A stretch of 64,000 nucleotides of DNA from Candidatus Norongarragalinales archaeon (GCA_038884755.1 JAWABJ010000001.1:251378-315377); one strand, 5' to 3'. Positions 1 to 9,461 are shown, numbered from the stretch's first letter. Translations and numbers: made by a program. The notes: generated by a model from the sequence alone, not told the origin.

Positions 1-96
1 CCTTTCACTTGTTTTAAAAATCTTATCGTGCTAACTAATTAAAGCGTTTTCCTGGAATGCTTTTTTTTTGCATCTGAAAAACGGTGGTTTTGCGAA

Positions 97-498
97 ATGA
101 GCGATGTTGTTTTCGGTCAAATGGGCGACTTGAAAATAGGCCGGTTCGTGGTCATAGAAGGCGAGCCTTGCAAGATAGTGAGCATGGACAAGAGCAAGCC
201 TGGAAAGCACGGTGCTGCTAAAGTGAATGTAGTCGCAATGTCTTTGCTGAGCGGGAATAAAAAGACCCTAATGAAAAGCAGCGATGCGGACGTCGAGATT
301 CCCGTAGTAACGCGCAAGCGCTCTCAAATCGTGAGCGTCGCGGGAACTACCGCCCAGCTCATGGATTCCGAGAGCTTCGAGGTTTTTGAAGTTGAGATTC
401 CCGAGGAAATGCGTTCTGAGGTAGAGGTAGGAAAGGAAATCCAGTACATGGACGTGATGGGAAAAAGGCTTTTGTTGAAAGTCAGCGGGGAAAGCTGA
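97..498 (+). CDS. eif5a: translation initiation factor 5A (aIF5A)
   Basis: 133 aa. Hypusine-site motif SKPGKHGAAKV, with an N-terminal SH3-like and C-terminal OB-like pattern typical of aIF5A. Confidence 0.9.
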   Translation: MSDVVFGQMGDLKIGRFVVIEGEPCKIVSMDKSKPGKHGAAKVNVVAMSLLSGNKKTLMKSSDADVEIPVVTRKRSQIVSVAGTTAQLMDSESFEVFEVEIPEEMRSEVEVGKEIQYMDVMGKRLLLKVSGES

Positions 499-697
499 TT
501 CGTTTCCTGGCGGTTTTTGGGGAGTTTCCGCGCTGTTCCGGGCCTTTTCAGGCTCTGCAGGGCCTTTTGTGATTGGAAAACTCCTTTGCCAGCGTAAGTT
601 CCGGAAAACTCTTTTAAACTCTTCTAGGCATTAGAGTAGGTGCTCTCGCGAAGGTGAGCGCGCGTTTTTTTTTTTCCATCCTTAGGCGGCTTTCGCC

Positions 698-2779
698 TTG
701 GAAGGAGAGTGGGTAGGGTTGGAGGAAGAGATTCAGCAGTTTCAGGAGTACTTTTCCACTACTCTCAAGAACCAGCTTTACGACTTGGTCGGTTCGTATC
801 CTCAAAAGAAAAGCTTGGAAGTGGACTTGACGCTTTTTTCCCGCTTCAACCTTGATTTGTCGCAGGCGATTGCCGAAAAGCCAGACCACTATTCGAAAGC
901 GGCGGGGGAAGCGCTTCGGAAAAGCGTTGAAAGCTTTGGGATAATGCCCGAAGGCTTCAAGCCGAGAGTGCGCTTTTGCAATTTGCCCGAGAAAGAAGTC
1001 CTAGTGCAGTATTTGGGTGCAGAGCATTTGAACAAGCTCGTGCAAGTGCAGGGCGTTGTCAATCTCATTACCGACATTCGCCCCAAAATGCAAGTAGCCT
1101 TGTGGGAGTGCGCTTATTGCGAACGCACTACGAAAAACTATCCCGACAAGTCTGGATTAAAACCTCCAGTTTTGTGTGGTCACTGCGGGAAGAAAGAATT
1201 CAATTTGCTGGAAGCGACCAGCGACTTCGTCAATACGCAGTACGGGCAGCTGCAGGATTTGCTCGAGCGCGTGCAAGGCTCTTCAACGCCTTCGCATGTC
1301 GACTTGTGGTTTGAAGATGAATTGACTAACGTGGTCGTGCCCGGAGAGACTGTAACGGTGACTGGCATTTTGCGTTTGATGCCTAGGCTGGAAAAAGGCA
1401 AGGGAAAGAGCGCGGTTTACGGGAAGGCATTCGACGTGGTTTTCGTGCGCAAGGAGGAAAAGGAGTTTGAGGAAATAGAGATTTCCAAGGAGGAAGAACA
1501 GAAGATAATGGAGTTTTCAAAAAACCCGCGCGTTCGCGAGCAGATTCGCGACAGCATCGCGCCGAGCATTTACGGGCATTTTGAAGTCAAGCAGGCGATT
1601 GCAATGCAGTTGTTCGGGGGGACGCCTGACAAGGTTTTGCCGGACGGCAACAAAGTGCGCAGCGACATTCACGTTCTACTCATCGGAGACCCGGGCGTTG
1701 CAAAATCGCAGTTGTTGAAGTTTACGGAAAACCTCGCGCCCAAATGCATTTACGTTGCCGGAAGGGGCGCGTCCGGAGTGGGGCTTACTGCCTCCGCGGA
1801 AAAAGACAAGGCCGGCGAAGGTTGGGTTTTGAAAGCAGGTGCTTTGGTTTTGGCGAGCGGCGGTTTGGTTGCGATCGACGAGTTCGACAAGATGCAGGAG
1901 GAAGACCGCGCCAACATTCACGAAGCTTTGGAACAGCAACAAATCAGCATCGCGAAAGCCGGTATAGTGACGCGCTTTAAGGCTAAGACTTCAGTGCTTG
2001 CGGCGGCGAACCCGAAGTTCGGGCGTTTCGACTCCAACACGCCTATCGCGGAGCAATTCGACATTCCCGTTACGCTGCTCTCTAGGTTCGACTTGATTTT
2101 CACCATTCGCGATATTATAGACGAAGGGCAGGACCGGCGCATGGCGACGCACATTCTTGGAGGTTTGAAGTACGCTGGGGAAAACAAGGCGGGCGTGAAA
2201 GCGCAAGAAAAGCAAACGCCCGCCGGCTTGATAAACACCGATTTGCTGCGAAAGTATATAGCCTACGCTAGAAGAAGCGTTTTCCCGCAATTGACTCCAG
2301 ACGCAATGGACCGAATTAAGGATTATTACGTTCAGTTGCGGGCTTTGGGCGCGAAAACCCAGACTTTCCCCGTCACTCCCCGCGACCTCGAGGGGTTAGT
2401 GCGTTTGGCTGAAGCTTCGGCTAAAATGCGGTTGAGCCAGAGCGTGGAATTGCAGGACGCGGAATACGCGATTTCCCTCAAGGATTTCGTGTTGAACCTG
2501 GTTTTCGTGGACAAAGCGACAGGCAAAATCGATGCGGACGTGATTCTCACGGGAACGTCCAAGGCGAAGCGCGACAAGATTTTCACGATTTTGAACATAG
2601 TGCGCGAATTGCAAAGAGAGTTCGACATGGTGGAAACGCAGGATGTTTTGAAGCAGGCGGCGGCGCACGCTTTGGACGAGCAGGATGCAATGCGGATTAT
2701 CGAGGAGCTTGTTACCAAAGGCGAGCTTTACAGGCCCAAGGCGGGTTTCGTGAGAATGCCTTCGAAAGAATACGGCTGA
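698..2779 (+). CDS. mcm: MCM replicative helicase
   Basis: 693 aa. Zn finger CAYC...CGHC, Walker A GDPGVAKSQ, Walker B DEFDKM, arginine finger SRFDL. No intein-sized insertion. The TTG start is uncertain; an alternative TTG lies at 719. Confidence 0.93.
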   Translation: MEGEWVGLEEEIQQFQEYFSTTLKNQLYDLVGSYPQKKSLEVDLTLFSRFNLDLSQAIAEKPDHYSKAAGEALRKSVESFGIMPEGFKPRVRFCNLPEKEVLVQYLGAEHLNKLVQVQGVVNLITDIRPKMQVALWECAYCERTTKNYPDKSGLKPPVLCGHCGKKEFNLLEATSDFVNTQYGQLQDLLERVQGSSTPSHVDLWFEDELTNVVVPGETVTVTGILRLMPRLEKGKGKSAVYGKAFDVVFVRKEEKEFEEIEISKEEEQKIMEFSKNPRVREQIRDSIAPSIYGHFEVKQAIAMQLFGGTPDKVLPDGNKVRSDIHVLLIGDPGVAKSQLLKFTENLAPKCIYVAGRGASGVGLTASAEKDKAGEGWVLKAGALVLASGGLVAIDEFDKMQEEDRANIHEALEQQQISIAKAGIVTRFKAKTSVLAAANPKFGRFDSNTPIAEQFDIPVTLLSRFDLIFTIRDIIDEGQDRRMATHILGGLKYAGENKAGVKAQEKQTPAGLINTDLLRKYIAYARRSVFPQLTPDAMDRIKDYYVQLRALGAKTQTFPVTPRDLEGLVRLAEASAKMRLSQSVELQDAEYAISLKDFVLNLVFVDKATGKIDADVILTGTSKAKRDKIFTILNIVRELQREFDMVETQDVLKQAAAHALDEQDAMRIIEELVTKGELYRPKAGFVRMPSKEYG

Positions 2780-2834
2780 AGCCACACGGTTTTTTAAGCA
2801 TCTTTCGCGTGATGTTGGAAACGGGTGTTGTTTT

Positions 2835-3815
2835 TTGAAAGGGCTTTTGGTTGTCGTCTTCGCCGCGCTGCTTGCGACCGGTTGCTTGAGCGAATCGCCC
2901 GCGCCTTCTTCCTCTGCAACGCCGACGAGCGTGGTGGTTCAAGAGCCTTCCCCTCTTCCTTCCCTTTTACCTTCCCCGACCGTAGTGGTGGAAATCCCCA
3001 CTCCTTCGCCCGAGCCGTTGAATTACTCCAAAGAAGAGGTTGTTTCGGAATACTTGAAGGCGGTAAACGCCCAGGATTTCGAGAAGGCTTACTCTCTCGT
3101 TTCCCGCGACTTCAAGGGCGAAGATCCCGACGCAGCCACCCTCGCGGCTTTCAAGGCCAGGATGGAGAAGGATTACCCGTTCGGGCTTTCGTTTTCCGGC
3201 GTCGCGGTTGTGGTGAACAACCCGCGCGAGGTCGCGGCGAACATCGTGAAAGGCGGAAGCACGACTTCGAGAACGCTGGGGTTCATCCTTTCTTTCGAAA
3301 GCGGATTTTGGAAACTGCGGGTTCCCTTCCCAACTCCCGGAAAGTATTATAACGCAAAGGCTTCGGTCCGCCTGAACCCGGTTGAAATGAGCAGGAATTT
3401 AGAGCTGGCGCTGAACGACTTTTTCTCGAGGCTCGATTCGAGAGTCAAGAACGACCCGTTTACGATAAGCGAGTACGACAAGGGCAACCACGTTTTCTAC
3501 TCTTCGAAAACCGTGCGCTTGAAGAGGACCGACGGGCTGCAGAGGGACATGGAAATCGAAGTGACTTTCGGCCCGTCTTTCCTCATAGGCGGCCTGGCGA
3601 CTACCGCGAAGTTGCTTGAAGACCGGCTATTGTACTTCCAATACCAAGACGGGATAAAACGCCAGGGCGGTCACGCGGGCTTTTACTGCTACGCTTCTTC
3701 GGTTAACTACTTCCTGAAAGTCAAGATGGACAGCAACTTCGCGGAATTCTATTCTTATGAGGAAAACATTTTCGCGCCCGTGATGAACGAGCTGAACAAA
3801 ATCTGCCCGCCTTGA
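2835..3815 (+). CDS. putative secreted lipoprotein (signal peptide with lipobox, Pro/Ser-rich linker, NTF2-like/DUF4878-like domain)
   Basis: N-terminus MKGLLVVVFAALLATGC has an LATGC lipobox. It is followed by a P/S/T-rich stalk (SPAPSSSATPTS...PTPSPEP) and then a globular part. Family assignment is by eye only. Confidence 0.6.
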   Translation: MKGLLVVVFAALLATGCLSESPAPSSSATPTSVVVQEPSPLPSLLPSPTVVVEIPTPSPEPLNYSKEEVVSEYLKAVNAQDFEKAYSLVSRDFKGEDPDAATLAAFKARMEKDYPFGLSFSGVAVVVNNPREVAANIVKGGSTTSRTLGFILSFESGFWKLRVPFPTPGKYYNAKASVRLNPVEMSRNLELALNDFFSRLDSRVKNDPFTISEYDKGNHVFYSSKTVRLKRTDGLQRDMEIEVTFGPSFLIGGLATTAKLLEDRLLYFQYQDGIKRQGGHAGFYCYASSVNYFLKVKMDSNFAEFYSYEENIFAPVMNELNKICPP

Positions 3816-3840
3816 AATGGGTTGAACGTAGAGTGTTGCC

Positions 3841-4656
3841 GTGAAATTGAAAAAAACCCATTTTCTCCTGCTTTCGTCTTTTTTCCTAGCTTTGGTCGCC
3901 GGGTTGTTCATAGGCGCGAATTTCATTTCACAACAGCTTTCGATCGTCGAGGATTCTGGCAGCGTTGAAAACGTCGGCTTTTTCTTCCTCTACATACTTT
4001 TCGCGACCGCCCTCATGCTTTTGGTTTTACATTTCTATCGCGGCAAGCGGCTGTTCTTTCTCGCCGAGGTTTTGCTCGAGTTTTCGGCGTTGCAAATATT
4101 GTTTTCGATTTTCATTGCCGAACTTCCGGCGACTTTGCTTTCGCTCTCCCTGGTTTTGCTCAGGGTTTTCTACTCCCGCCTCAAGCAGCCTTTGCTTTTT
4201 GCGGCTACGGTCGTCGTCGGCGCTTTGCTAGGAAGTTCTTTCGACTTGATTCCGGCTTTGGCGTTGAGTTTCCTTCTCGCGGCATACGACTACTTCGCGG
4301 TGTTCAAGTCCAAGCACATGGTCACGCTCGCGAAGGAATTGCAAAAGCGCGAGGCGGCTTTCGCAATCGAGTTTTCCAGCGCCCCTCCTTCCAAAGCGGC
4401 CGGGAAGCGCGTGGAAAAAACGCCGGCACGTGGGGAGAGCATTCTGCTGGGGACGGGAGATTTCGTGATTCCAGTGATGCTTTGCGTTTCCGTCCTCAAG
4501 CTCGGTGTTTTCGCCGCGCTCGCAACCGCGTTGGGCGCGTTCGTGGGGCTGAGCGCTTTGCTGTTCGTGATGCAGAAGACCCGAGGCTACTATCCCGCCT
4601 TGCCGCCAATAGTAATGTTCTCAACGCTTTTCTACGTCTCGACGCTGTTGTTTTGA
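3841..4656 (+). CDS. presenilin / signal-peptide-peptidase-like intramembrane aspartyl protease (family A22)
   Basis: 271 aa polytopic membrane protein. It has the three signature motifs in order: YD (AAYDYFAVF), GxGD (LGTGDFVIP) and PAL (YPALPPIV). Confidence 0.8.
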   Translation: MKLKKTHFLLLSSFFLALVAGLFIGANFISQQLSIVEDSGSVENVGFFFLYILFATALMLLVLHFYRGKRLFFLAEVLLEFSALQILFSIFIAELPATLLSLSLVLLRVFYSRLKQPLLFAATVVVGALLGSSFDLIPALALSFLLAAYDYFAVFKSKHMVTLAKELQKREAAFAIEFSSAPPSKAAGKRVEKTPARGESILLGTGDFVIPVMLCVSVLKLGVFAALATALGAFVGLSALLFVMQKTRGYYPALPPIVMFSTLFYVSTLLF

Positions 4657-4714
4657 CGACGTCGCCATGTATTATAAAGCGCCGGAGGCAAATAATTTTT
4701 GAAAGAGGGTTAGA

Positions 4715-5122
4715 ATGGAGTCTTACGAAGTTTTGCTCGAGCGCGTGAAACAAAAGCACGCCGTAAAAACCAGTTCGGGTGAAAGGTTTGAAACCCCAGT
4801 TTTCGTGATAAGCATAGTGGGAAGCAAGACTTACGTCAAGAATTTCGAGGACGTGGCCGAAAAACTCAGGCGCACGAAAGAAGTTCTGGCGAAGTTTTTG
4901 TTCAAGGAACTCGCGACTCCCGGCATGGTGCAGGGGCAGGAGCTCATCCTCCAGTCTAAAGTGCAGTTCCGCTTGCTTCAGGAAAAACTGCAGAGTTTCG
5001 TGGAAAGGGTTGTGCTGTGCAAGGAGTGCGGCAAGCCCGACACGCACTTGGAGCATCATGGACGCAATGTGGATTTCGTGGTTTGCGAAGCGTGCGGTGC
5101 CAAGAGGCCCGTTTTGTACTAG
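4715..5122 (+). CDS. eif2b: translation initiation factor 2 subunit beta (aIF2-beta)
   Basis: 135 aa with a C-terminal zinc ribbon CKECGKPDT...CEACGA. TATA-like ATTATAAA lies about 40 nt upstream. Confidence 0.88.
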   Translation: MESYEVLLERVKQKHAVKTSSGERFETPVFVISIVGSKTYVKNFEDVAEKLRRTKEVLAKFLFKELATPGMVQGQELILQSKVQFRLLQEKLQSFVERVVLCKECGKPDTHLEHHGRNVDFVVCEACGAKRPVLY

Positions 5123-5161
5123 CAGGATTTTTTGCTTTCTAGAAAAAAATCGTGAGGTGTT

Positions 5162-5500
5162 TTGTTGCCGTTTTACAAAGACCACTCCCGTCGTGCTAAG
5201 TCGTCGGGACAGCCGAATTTCGAAGAGCGCTTGAGGTTGCCTCGCAAGGGAGAGATTTTTGGGATTGTCGTTGCTTTGCAAGGCGGCGCTCGCATGATAG
5301 TGCAGTGCGAGGACGGGAAGGAACGAATGTGCCGCGTTCCCGGAAGCATAAAAAGGCAAGTGTGGGTTAAGGAAGGCGACGTCGTTTTGATAGAACCGTG
5401 GACCGTGCAGGGCGACGAAAAGGCCGACATCACGTACCGTTATACTCGGCTGCAGGTGGAAAAGCTGAGGCAGCGCGGCATTCTCAAGATGGAGTTTTAA
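5162..5500 (+). CDS. eif1a: translation initiation factor 1A (aIF1A)
   Basis: 112 aa with an S1-like OB core: GEIFGIVVALQGGARMIVQCEDGKERMCRVPGSIKRQVWVKEGDVVLIEPW. GAGGTG lies just upstream of the TTG start. Confidence 0.9.
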   Translation: MLPFYKDHSRRAKSSGQPNFEERLRLPRKGEIFGIVVALQGGARMIVQCEDGKERMCRVPGSIKRQVWVKEGDVVLIEPWTVQGDEKADITYRYTRLQVEKLRQRGILKMEF

Positions 5501-5545
5501 CTGCGAAAAGAAGCTTTTTTCTTTTGCCTTTTTCTTATACCGTTT

Positions 5546-6349
5546 ATGTCACTTAAGGTAAGCAAGCGCAAGCAGCCGAGGCGCGAAGACAAGCAGATAA
5601 AATACGCTTTGAAGATTACTGACAAGGTTTTGGACGACCAGACCACCCGCACGCTCGCGCAACTCATGAACGCAAAAGAATTCAAGACTTTGGACTACGC
5701 GATTGCGGCGGGCAAGGAAGCAGTAGTGTTTCGCGCTACGCGTTACGACGGTTCTTTCTGCGCTGTGAAAGTGTTCAAGTTCGAAACCACAGCATTCCGC
5801 AAAATGGTTCCCTACATAGAAGGCGACCCGCGGTTCAGTGTAGACGCAGTAAAGCATTCGAAACGCGCTTTGGTGAAAGTTTGGGCGAGGAAAGAGTACG
5901 CGAACCTGAAGGCTTGTTTTGAGGCTAAAGTAAGCGTGCCGAAGCCCTTTGCTTTGAAGGAAAACGTCATCGTGATGGAGTTCATCGGGGTCGGGGGAAA
6001 GCCTTGCGCTTTGCTTACGCAAGTCGTGGTGCAAAACCCCCGTGCTGTGTTCAAGCAACTGCTGGGCGTAATTCGGAAAATGCACGCGGCGGGAATAGTG
6101 CATTCTGATTTGAGCCCTTACAACATCATGCTCATGCAGACGCAAAACGCCGACGGTTCTTTCGACGAAAAGGCCGTCGTAATCGATTTGGCGCAGGGCG
6201 TTTCCTTAAAGCATCCGAAGGCAAAAGAGTTTTTGGCTCGGGATGTTTCCAACGTCGTGAATTTCTTTTCCAAACTCGGCGTGGAAAGCGAATTGTGCGA
6301 TAGCGCGAAAGCGCTGGAGTTCGTTTTGAAAAAAGCGGATTTAAAATAG
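5546..6349 (+). CDS. rio1: RIO-type serine/threonine protein kinase (Rio1-like)
   Basis: 267 aa. ATP-binding Lys in AVKVFK, catalytic loop HSDLSPYNIM, metal-binding IDLAQG. The eIF1A-Rio synteny is typical of archaea. Confidence 0.88.
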   Translation: MSLKVSKRKQPRREDKQIKYALKITDKVLDDQTTRTLAQLMNAKEFKTLDYAIAAGKEAVVFRATRYDGSFCAVKVFKFETTAFRKMVPYIEGDPRFSVDAVKHSKRALVKVWARKEYANLKACFEAKVSVPKPFALKENVIVMEFIGVGGKPCALLTQVVVQNPRAVFKQLLGVIRKMHAAGIVHSDLSPYNIMLMQTQNADGSFDEKAVVIDLAQGVSLKHPKAKEFLARDVSNVVNFFSKLGVESELCDSAKALEFVLKKADLK

Positions 6350-6382
6350 CGCGCTGAGTGGTTTTTAACAAAGGGTGGTGCA

Positions 6383-6694
6383 GTGGCACGCGGAATTGTT
6401 GATAAGAGCATTGATTTGGACGAGCTGCTGAAGAAAGAGTCTTCGGGCGGCGCGCAGGGGGATTTCGCGCAAAAGCTTTCAGACGCTTACGCGCTGGTTT
6501 TCAACACTCTGCAGGAGTTGAAGGAAATGAAAGCGCGCGGGGATTTCAAAACTCTCAAGGAAACGAAGCGGGAACTTTACGATTCGGTCATGAAGTGCAA
6601 GGTCACCGTGGACGAATTGAAGGAGTTTCTTGACTTCCTCGGGGAAGGCGGCGAAGCCGGTGAAAAGCCCGAACGCCGCCGTTACAGGCGGTGA
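6383..6694 (+). CDS. hypothetical coiled-coil protein
   Basis: 103-aa ORF, charged and helical, with no recognisable motif. The GTG start follows rio1 closely. Confidence 0.35.
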   Translation: MARGIVDKSIDLDELLKKESSGGAQGDFAQKLSDAYALVFNTLQELKEMKARGDFKTLKETKRELYDSVMKCKVTVDELKEFLDFLGEGGEAGEKPERRRYRR

Positions 6695-6710
6695 AAAGGG
6701 TGCTTTCGAT

Positions 6711-7376
6711 TTGATCGTCTTGAACTTGAAGGCTTACGCCGAGTCTTCCGGCGAAAACGGGTTGAATCTCATTAGAACGGCGCACGCGGTTTCAAAAAAA
6801 ACGAAAAAGAAAATAATAGTGTGCCCCCAGCCGACGCAGTTGCACTACGCCCGGAAAAATTCCACTTCCAACTTTTGGTTTTTCGCCCAGCACGTCGATG
6901 CGAACGCGCAAGGCGCTTTTACCGGCACGCTTACGCTCGAGGCTGTTGCAGAAGAAGGGTGCAAGGGCACGCTGATAAACCATTCGGAAAAGAAAGTTTC
7001 GTACGACCACGCGCGAATAGTTGTTGAAAAGGCGAAAAGACTCGGCTTGAAAACGGTAATCTGCGCCGACACGGTGGAGAAAGGCGTTTTGTTTTCGCAG
7101 CTCAAGCCTTGGGCCATTGCAGTAGAGCCGCCCGAGCTCATTGGAAGCGGCATAAGCGTTTCGAAGGCTAGGCCGCAGGTTGTTGAGAATGCAGTGCGCA
7201 GTATAAAGTCTTTCGACAAGCGAATAATCGTGCTGGTGGGCGCCGGCGTTTCAAACGCCGAAGATTACTCCAAATGCCTTGCGCTCGGCGCTGAAGGCGT
7301 TTTGCTCGCGAGCGCTTTCGTGAAAGCGCAAAACCCGCGCGAGTGGCTCGAGTCGCTCGTCAAAGTGAAGGCTTGA
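6711..7376 (+). CDS. tpiA: triosephosphate isomerase, archaeal type
   Basis: Motifs IVLNLKAY, INHSEKK (catalytic His) and AVEPPELIGSG (catalytic Glu). The track ORF starts at 6630 and overlaps the upstream ORF by 65 nt. A TTG at 6711 gives the ~221 aa typical of archaeal TIM. The start is uncertain. Confidence 0.85.
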   Translation: MIVLNLKAYAESSGENGLNLIRTAHAVSKKTKKKIIVCPQPTQLHYARKNSTSNFWFFAQHVDANAQGAFTGTLTLEAVAEEGCKGTLINHSEKKVSYDHARIVVEKAKRLGLKTVICADTVEKGVLFSQLKPWAIAVEPPELIGSGISVSKARPQVVENAVRSIKSFDKRIIVLVGAGVSNAEDYSKCLALGAEGVLLASAFVKAQNPREWLESLVKVKA

Positions 7377-7514
7377 AAGCGCTTTCGGGCAAAGTTTTTA
7401 ACTTTTCGCCATCGCGTTATTTAATTTTATCACGCTTTTTGAGTTTGGCGAGAGTTTTTTTTTCCTTAGACTCTCTACTATCGAACCGAAAACCAGACGG
7501 TTGCGTGGAAGAAA

Positions 7515-7652
7515 ATGGACTTGGGACAGGCACTGTTGGGATTAGCAGTGTTCTATTTCCTCGTGTTTTTCGGCGGAGGGCTGTTGGAAAACGACGCTTT
7601 GCTGTTGATGGCTTTGGGCATAGGCGTTTACTACTGGATTACCAACCAGTGA
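7515..7652 (+). CDS. possible small membrane protein (45 aa, two hydrophobic segments)
   Basis: ATG..TGA ORF below the track cutoff, read by hand: MDLGQALLGLAVFYFLVFFGGGLLENDALLLMALGIGVYYWITNQ. It lies in an otherwise empty 290-nt gap. Confidence 0.3.
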   Translation: MDLGQALLGLAVFYFLVFFGGGLLENDALLLMALGIGVYYWITNQ

Positions 7653-7670
7653 AGCTTCGGCTTGCGCAGC

Positions 7671-9359
7671 CTACATTTTTTCCGGAATTTTTATTCCCAA
7701 GAGAGAAAGTCCTTTTTCAATCACGTTGAGCGTTGCCGCAACAATCGCGATGCGCTTTGCTTTCTCCTCGCCTTTGCTCTGCACCACCGGGCATTTTTCG
7801 TAGAATTCGCTGAACGTTGCGGATAGCTTGAGCAAGTAATCGCATATAGCGTGCGGTTCGAAATTTCTTGAAGTTTGCTCTACAACTCGCGGGTATAGCG
7901 AAAGCTGGAACGCGATTTTGCGTTCGGTGTCGTTAAAGCATGCTTTTTCCGGGATTGCTTTTGCTTTCGCTTCCGCCTTGCGCAAGATGTTTTTGGCCCT
8001 GACTGCGGTGTATTGCACGTACGCTCCAGTATCCCCTTCGAAACTCACGGCTTTGGAAGGGTTGAACGTTATGTTTTTTTGATTGCTTACCCTCAGGAAG
8101 CCGAATTTCACGCTTCCAACGCCGATGGTGTTGGCTATCTCGCCGAGGGTTTTTTCCGGAATTCTTTCCTTTTCCCGTATTTCCTCCCTTGCGGCGCGCG
8201 TCGCCTCGTCGAGCAAATCTTTGAGGAACAGCACGTTGCCTTTTCTCGAAGAGAGTTTTCCGCTTTCCAGGTAAATCAGCCCGAAACCAACGTGCCTGAA
8301 GCGGTCGGTGTAACCGCGCCCCAACAACTCCAGTATCTTGTACACTTGCTTGAAATGCATGCTTTGGTCGCTTCCTGTTACTATTATTGAAAGCGCCGGG
8401 TTGTAGTTTTTGAAGCGGCTGTCGGCGAGCGACAAGTCACGCGTGGAGTAAAGCGTGGTTCCGTTCGAACGTAGGATTACCAGGTTGGGAAGGCCGTGTT
8501 CTTCCAAAAACGCGACGAGCTCCCCGTCTTTTTCTACCCGCGCGATGCCTTTTTGTTTGGCTTCCATCGCGAGCTTTTTCCCTTCGATTACGAAGTCGCT
8601 GTCGAAAATTTCTTCGGTGAACGAAACGCCGAGTTTCTCGTAATTCTCTTGCAAAGGCTTTACGCTCAAGTCCCTCACCGCACGGAGTTGTTTCAGTATA
8701 GCTGGGTTGCCGTCTTCCATGCCTTCGAGGATTTCGTGCACTCCCTTGGAGAGGCTTTCGTCTTTTTCTATCTCTTCGTTTATCTTCACGTAGTAGTTCA
8801 AAAGCTGTTTTTCGTCCTTGATTTCGCCGATTTTGTATTTCTTCAATCCCAACAGTAGTTTCGCCACTTGAGTTCCAGCTTCGCACAAGTAGTTGGACGC
8901 GATGACTTCATACCCGCGCTCGCGAAGCACGCGGGCTATCGAATCTCCCAGTATCGTCGAGCGGATGTGCCCCACGTGCATGGGCTTTCCGACATTGGGG
9001 GAGGAGAATTCAACAACCACTTTTTTTCCCTTGCCTTCGGTTCCCTTGCCGAAGTTTTCCCCCAACGCTTCCGCAATCGCACGGGAGTGGTAGTCGTCGT
9101 TCAAGAAAAAGTTGACGTAGCCGTCGACCGCCTCGGTTTTCTCCACGAACTCAATTCCCTTGAGTTCAGCTGCCAGGGTTTTCGCGATTTCGGCCGGACT
9201 TTTCTTCGTCTTTGCCGCCAGGGGAAAGCAGGCGAAAGACAAGTCGCCGTACTCGCGCGAAACTTCTATTTTCACCGCCGTGCTTTCGCCGTAGAGTTTT
9301 TTCACCGCAGCGGCGGCTTTCTTTTCGCACTCCCTGATGGCTTTTTCGAGCAGGAACAT
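7671..9359 (-). CDS. argS: arginine--tRNA ligase
   Basis: HIGH-type motif HVGHIRSTILGD plus a DALR-like C-terminal anticodon-binding region. The ATG at 9359 (MFLLEKAIREC...) is preferred over the upstream track start at 9416. Confidence 0.9.
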   Translation of the reverse strand: MFLLEKAIRECEKKAAAAVKKLYGESTAVKIEVSREYGDLSFACFPLAAKTKKSPAEIAKTLAAELKGIEFVEKTEAVDGYVNFFLNDDYHSRAIAEALGENFGKGTEGKGKKVVVEFSSPNVGKPMHVGHIRSTILGDSIARVLRERGYEVIASNYLCEAGTQVAKLLLGLKKYKIGEIKDEKQLLNYYVKINEEIEKDESLSKGVHEILEGMEDGNPAILKQLRAVRDLSVKPLQENYEKLGVSFTEEIFDSDFVIEGKKLAMEAKQKGIARVEKDGELVAFLEEHGLPNLVILRSNGTTLYSTRDLSLADSRFKNYNPALSIIVTGSDQSMHFKQVYKILELLGRGYTDRFRHVGFGLIYLESGKLSSRKGNVLFLKDLLDEATRAAREEIREKERIPEKTLGEIANTIGVGSVKFGFLRVSNQKNITFNPSKAVSFEGDTGAYVQYTAVRAKNILRKAEAKAKAIPEKACFNDTERKIAFQLSLYPRVVEQTSRNFEPHAICDYLLKLSATFSEFYEKCPVVQSKGEEKAKRIAIVAATLNVIEKGLSLLGIKIPEKM

Positions 9360-9423
9360 GTTTGAAATTATCCGCTCCCACAACTTAAAACAATAGCGTT
9401 CGCACAACCCACTCAAAAAAAGC

Positions 9424-9431
9424 TTATTTAA
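9424..9431 (+). promoter_or_regulatory. candidate TATA box (TTATTTAA) with an A-rich BRE-like tract upstream, for giant gene 1
   Basis: Centred about 34 nt upstream of the ATG at 9462, in the divergent argS / giant-gene intergenic region. Confidence 0.4.
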
Positions 9432-9461
9432 GGACGTTTTACAAAGAAAGTTGATATCTTC

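Noticed and set aside
499-697. The intergenic stretch after aIF5A, with a GGGCCTTTT direct repeat (541-549 and 563-571), a TATA-like TTTTAAAC (612-619) and a T11 run (665-675). It was considered as a small RNA gene.
   Set aside because: No convincing fold or known RNA motif was found. The T-runs can be explained as the aIF5A terminator and an AT-rich promoter region for mcm. It is left unresolved rather than called.
698-2779. Possible inteins in MCM and in AtpA (35275..37008), both common intein hosts in archaea.
   Set aside because: Protein lengths (693 and 577 aa) and uninterrupted Walker and P-loop regions show no intein-sized insertions.
4496-5359. A 287-aa minus-strand ORF spanning the aIF2-beta and aIF1A genes.
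   Set aside because: It is antisense to two well-supported translation-factor genes and crosses their intergenic region. The sequence is Arg-rich nonsense.
6630-6710. An upstream extension of the triosephosphate isomerase ORF.
   Set aside because: It overlaps the preceding ORF by 65 nt and adds 27 residues not found in archaeal TIMs. The TTG at 6711 is kept as the likely start, but the ATG at 6630 cannot be strictly excluded.
7343-7729. A 128-aa plus-strand ORF bridging the tpiA 3' end and the argS 3' end.
   Set aside because: It overlaps both neighbouring genes and has no motif. The region is better explained by a short in-gap membrane ORF in a different frame.
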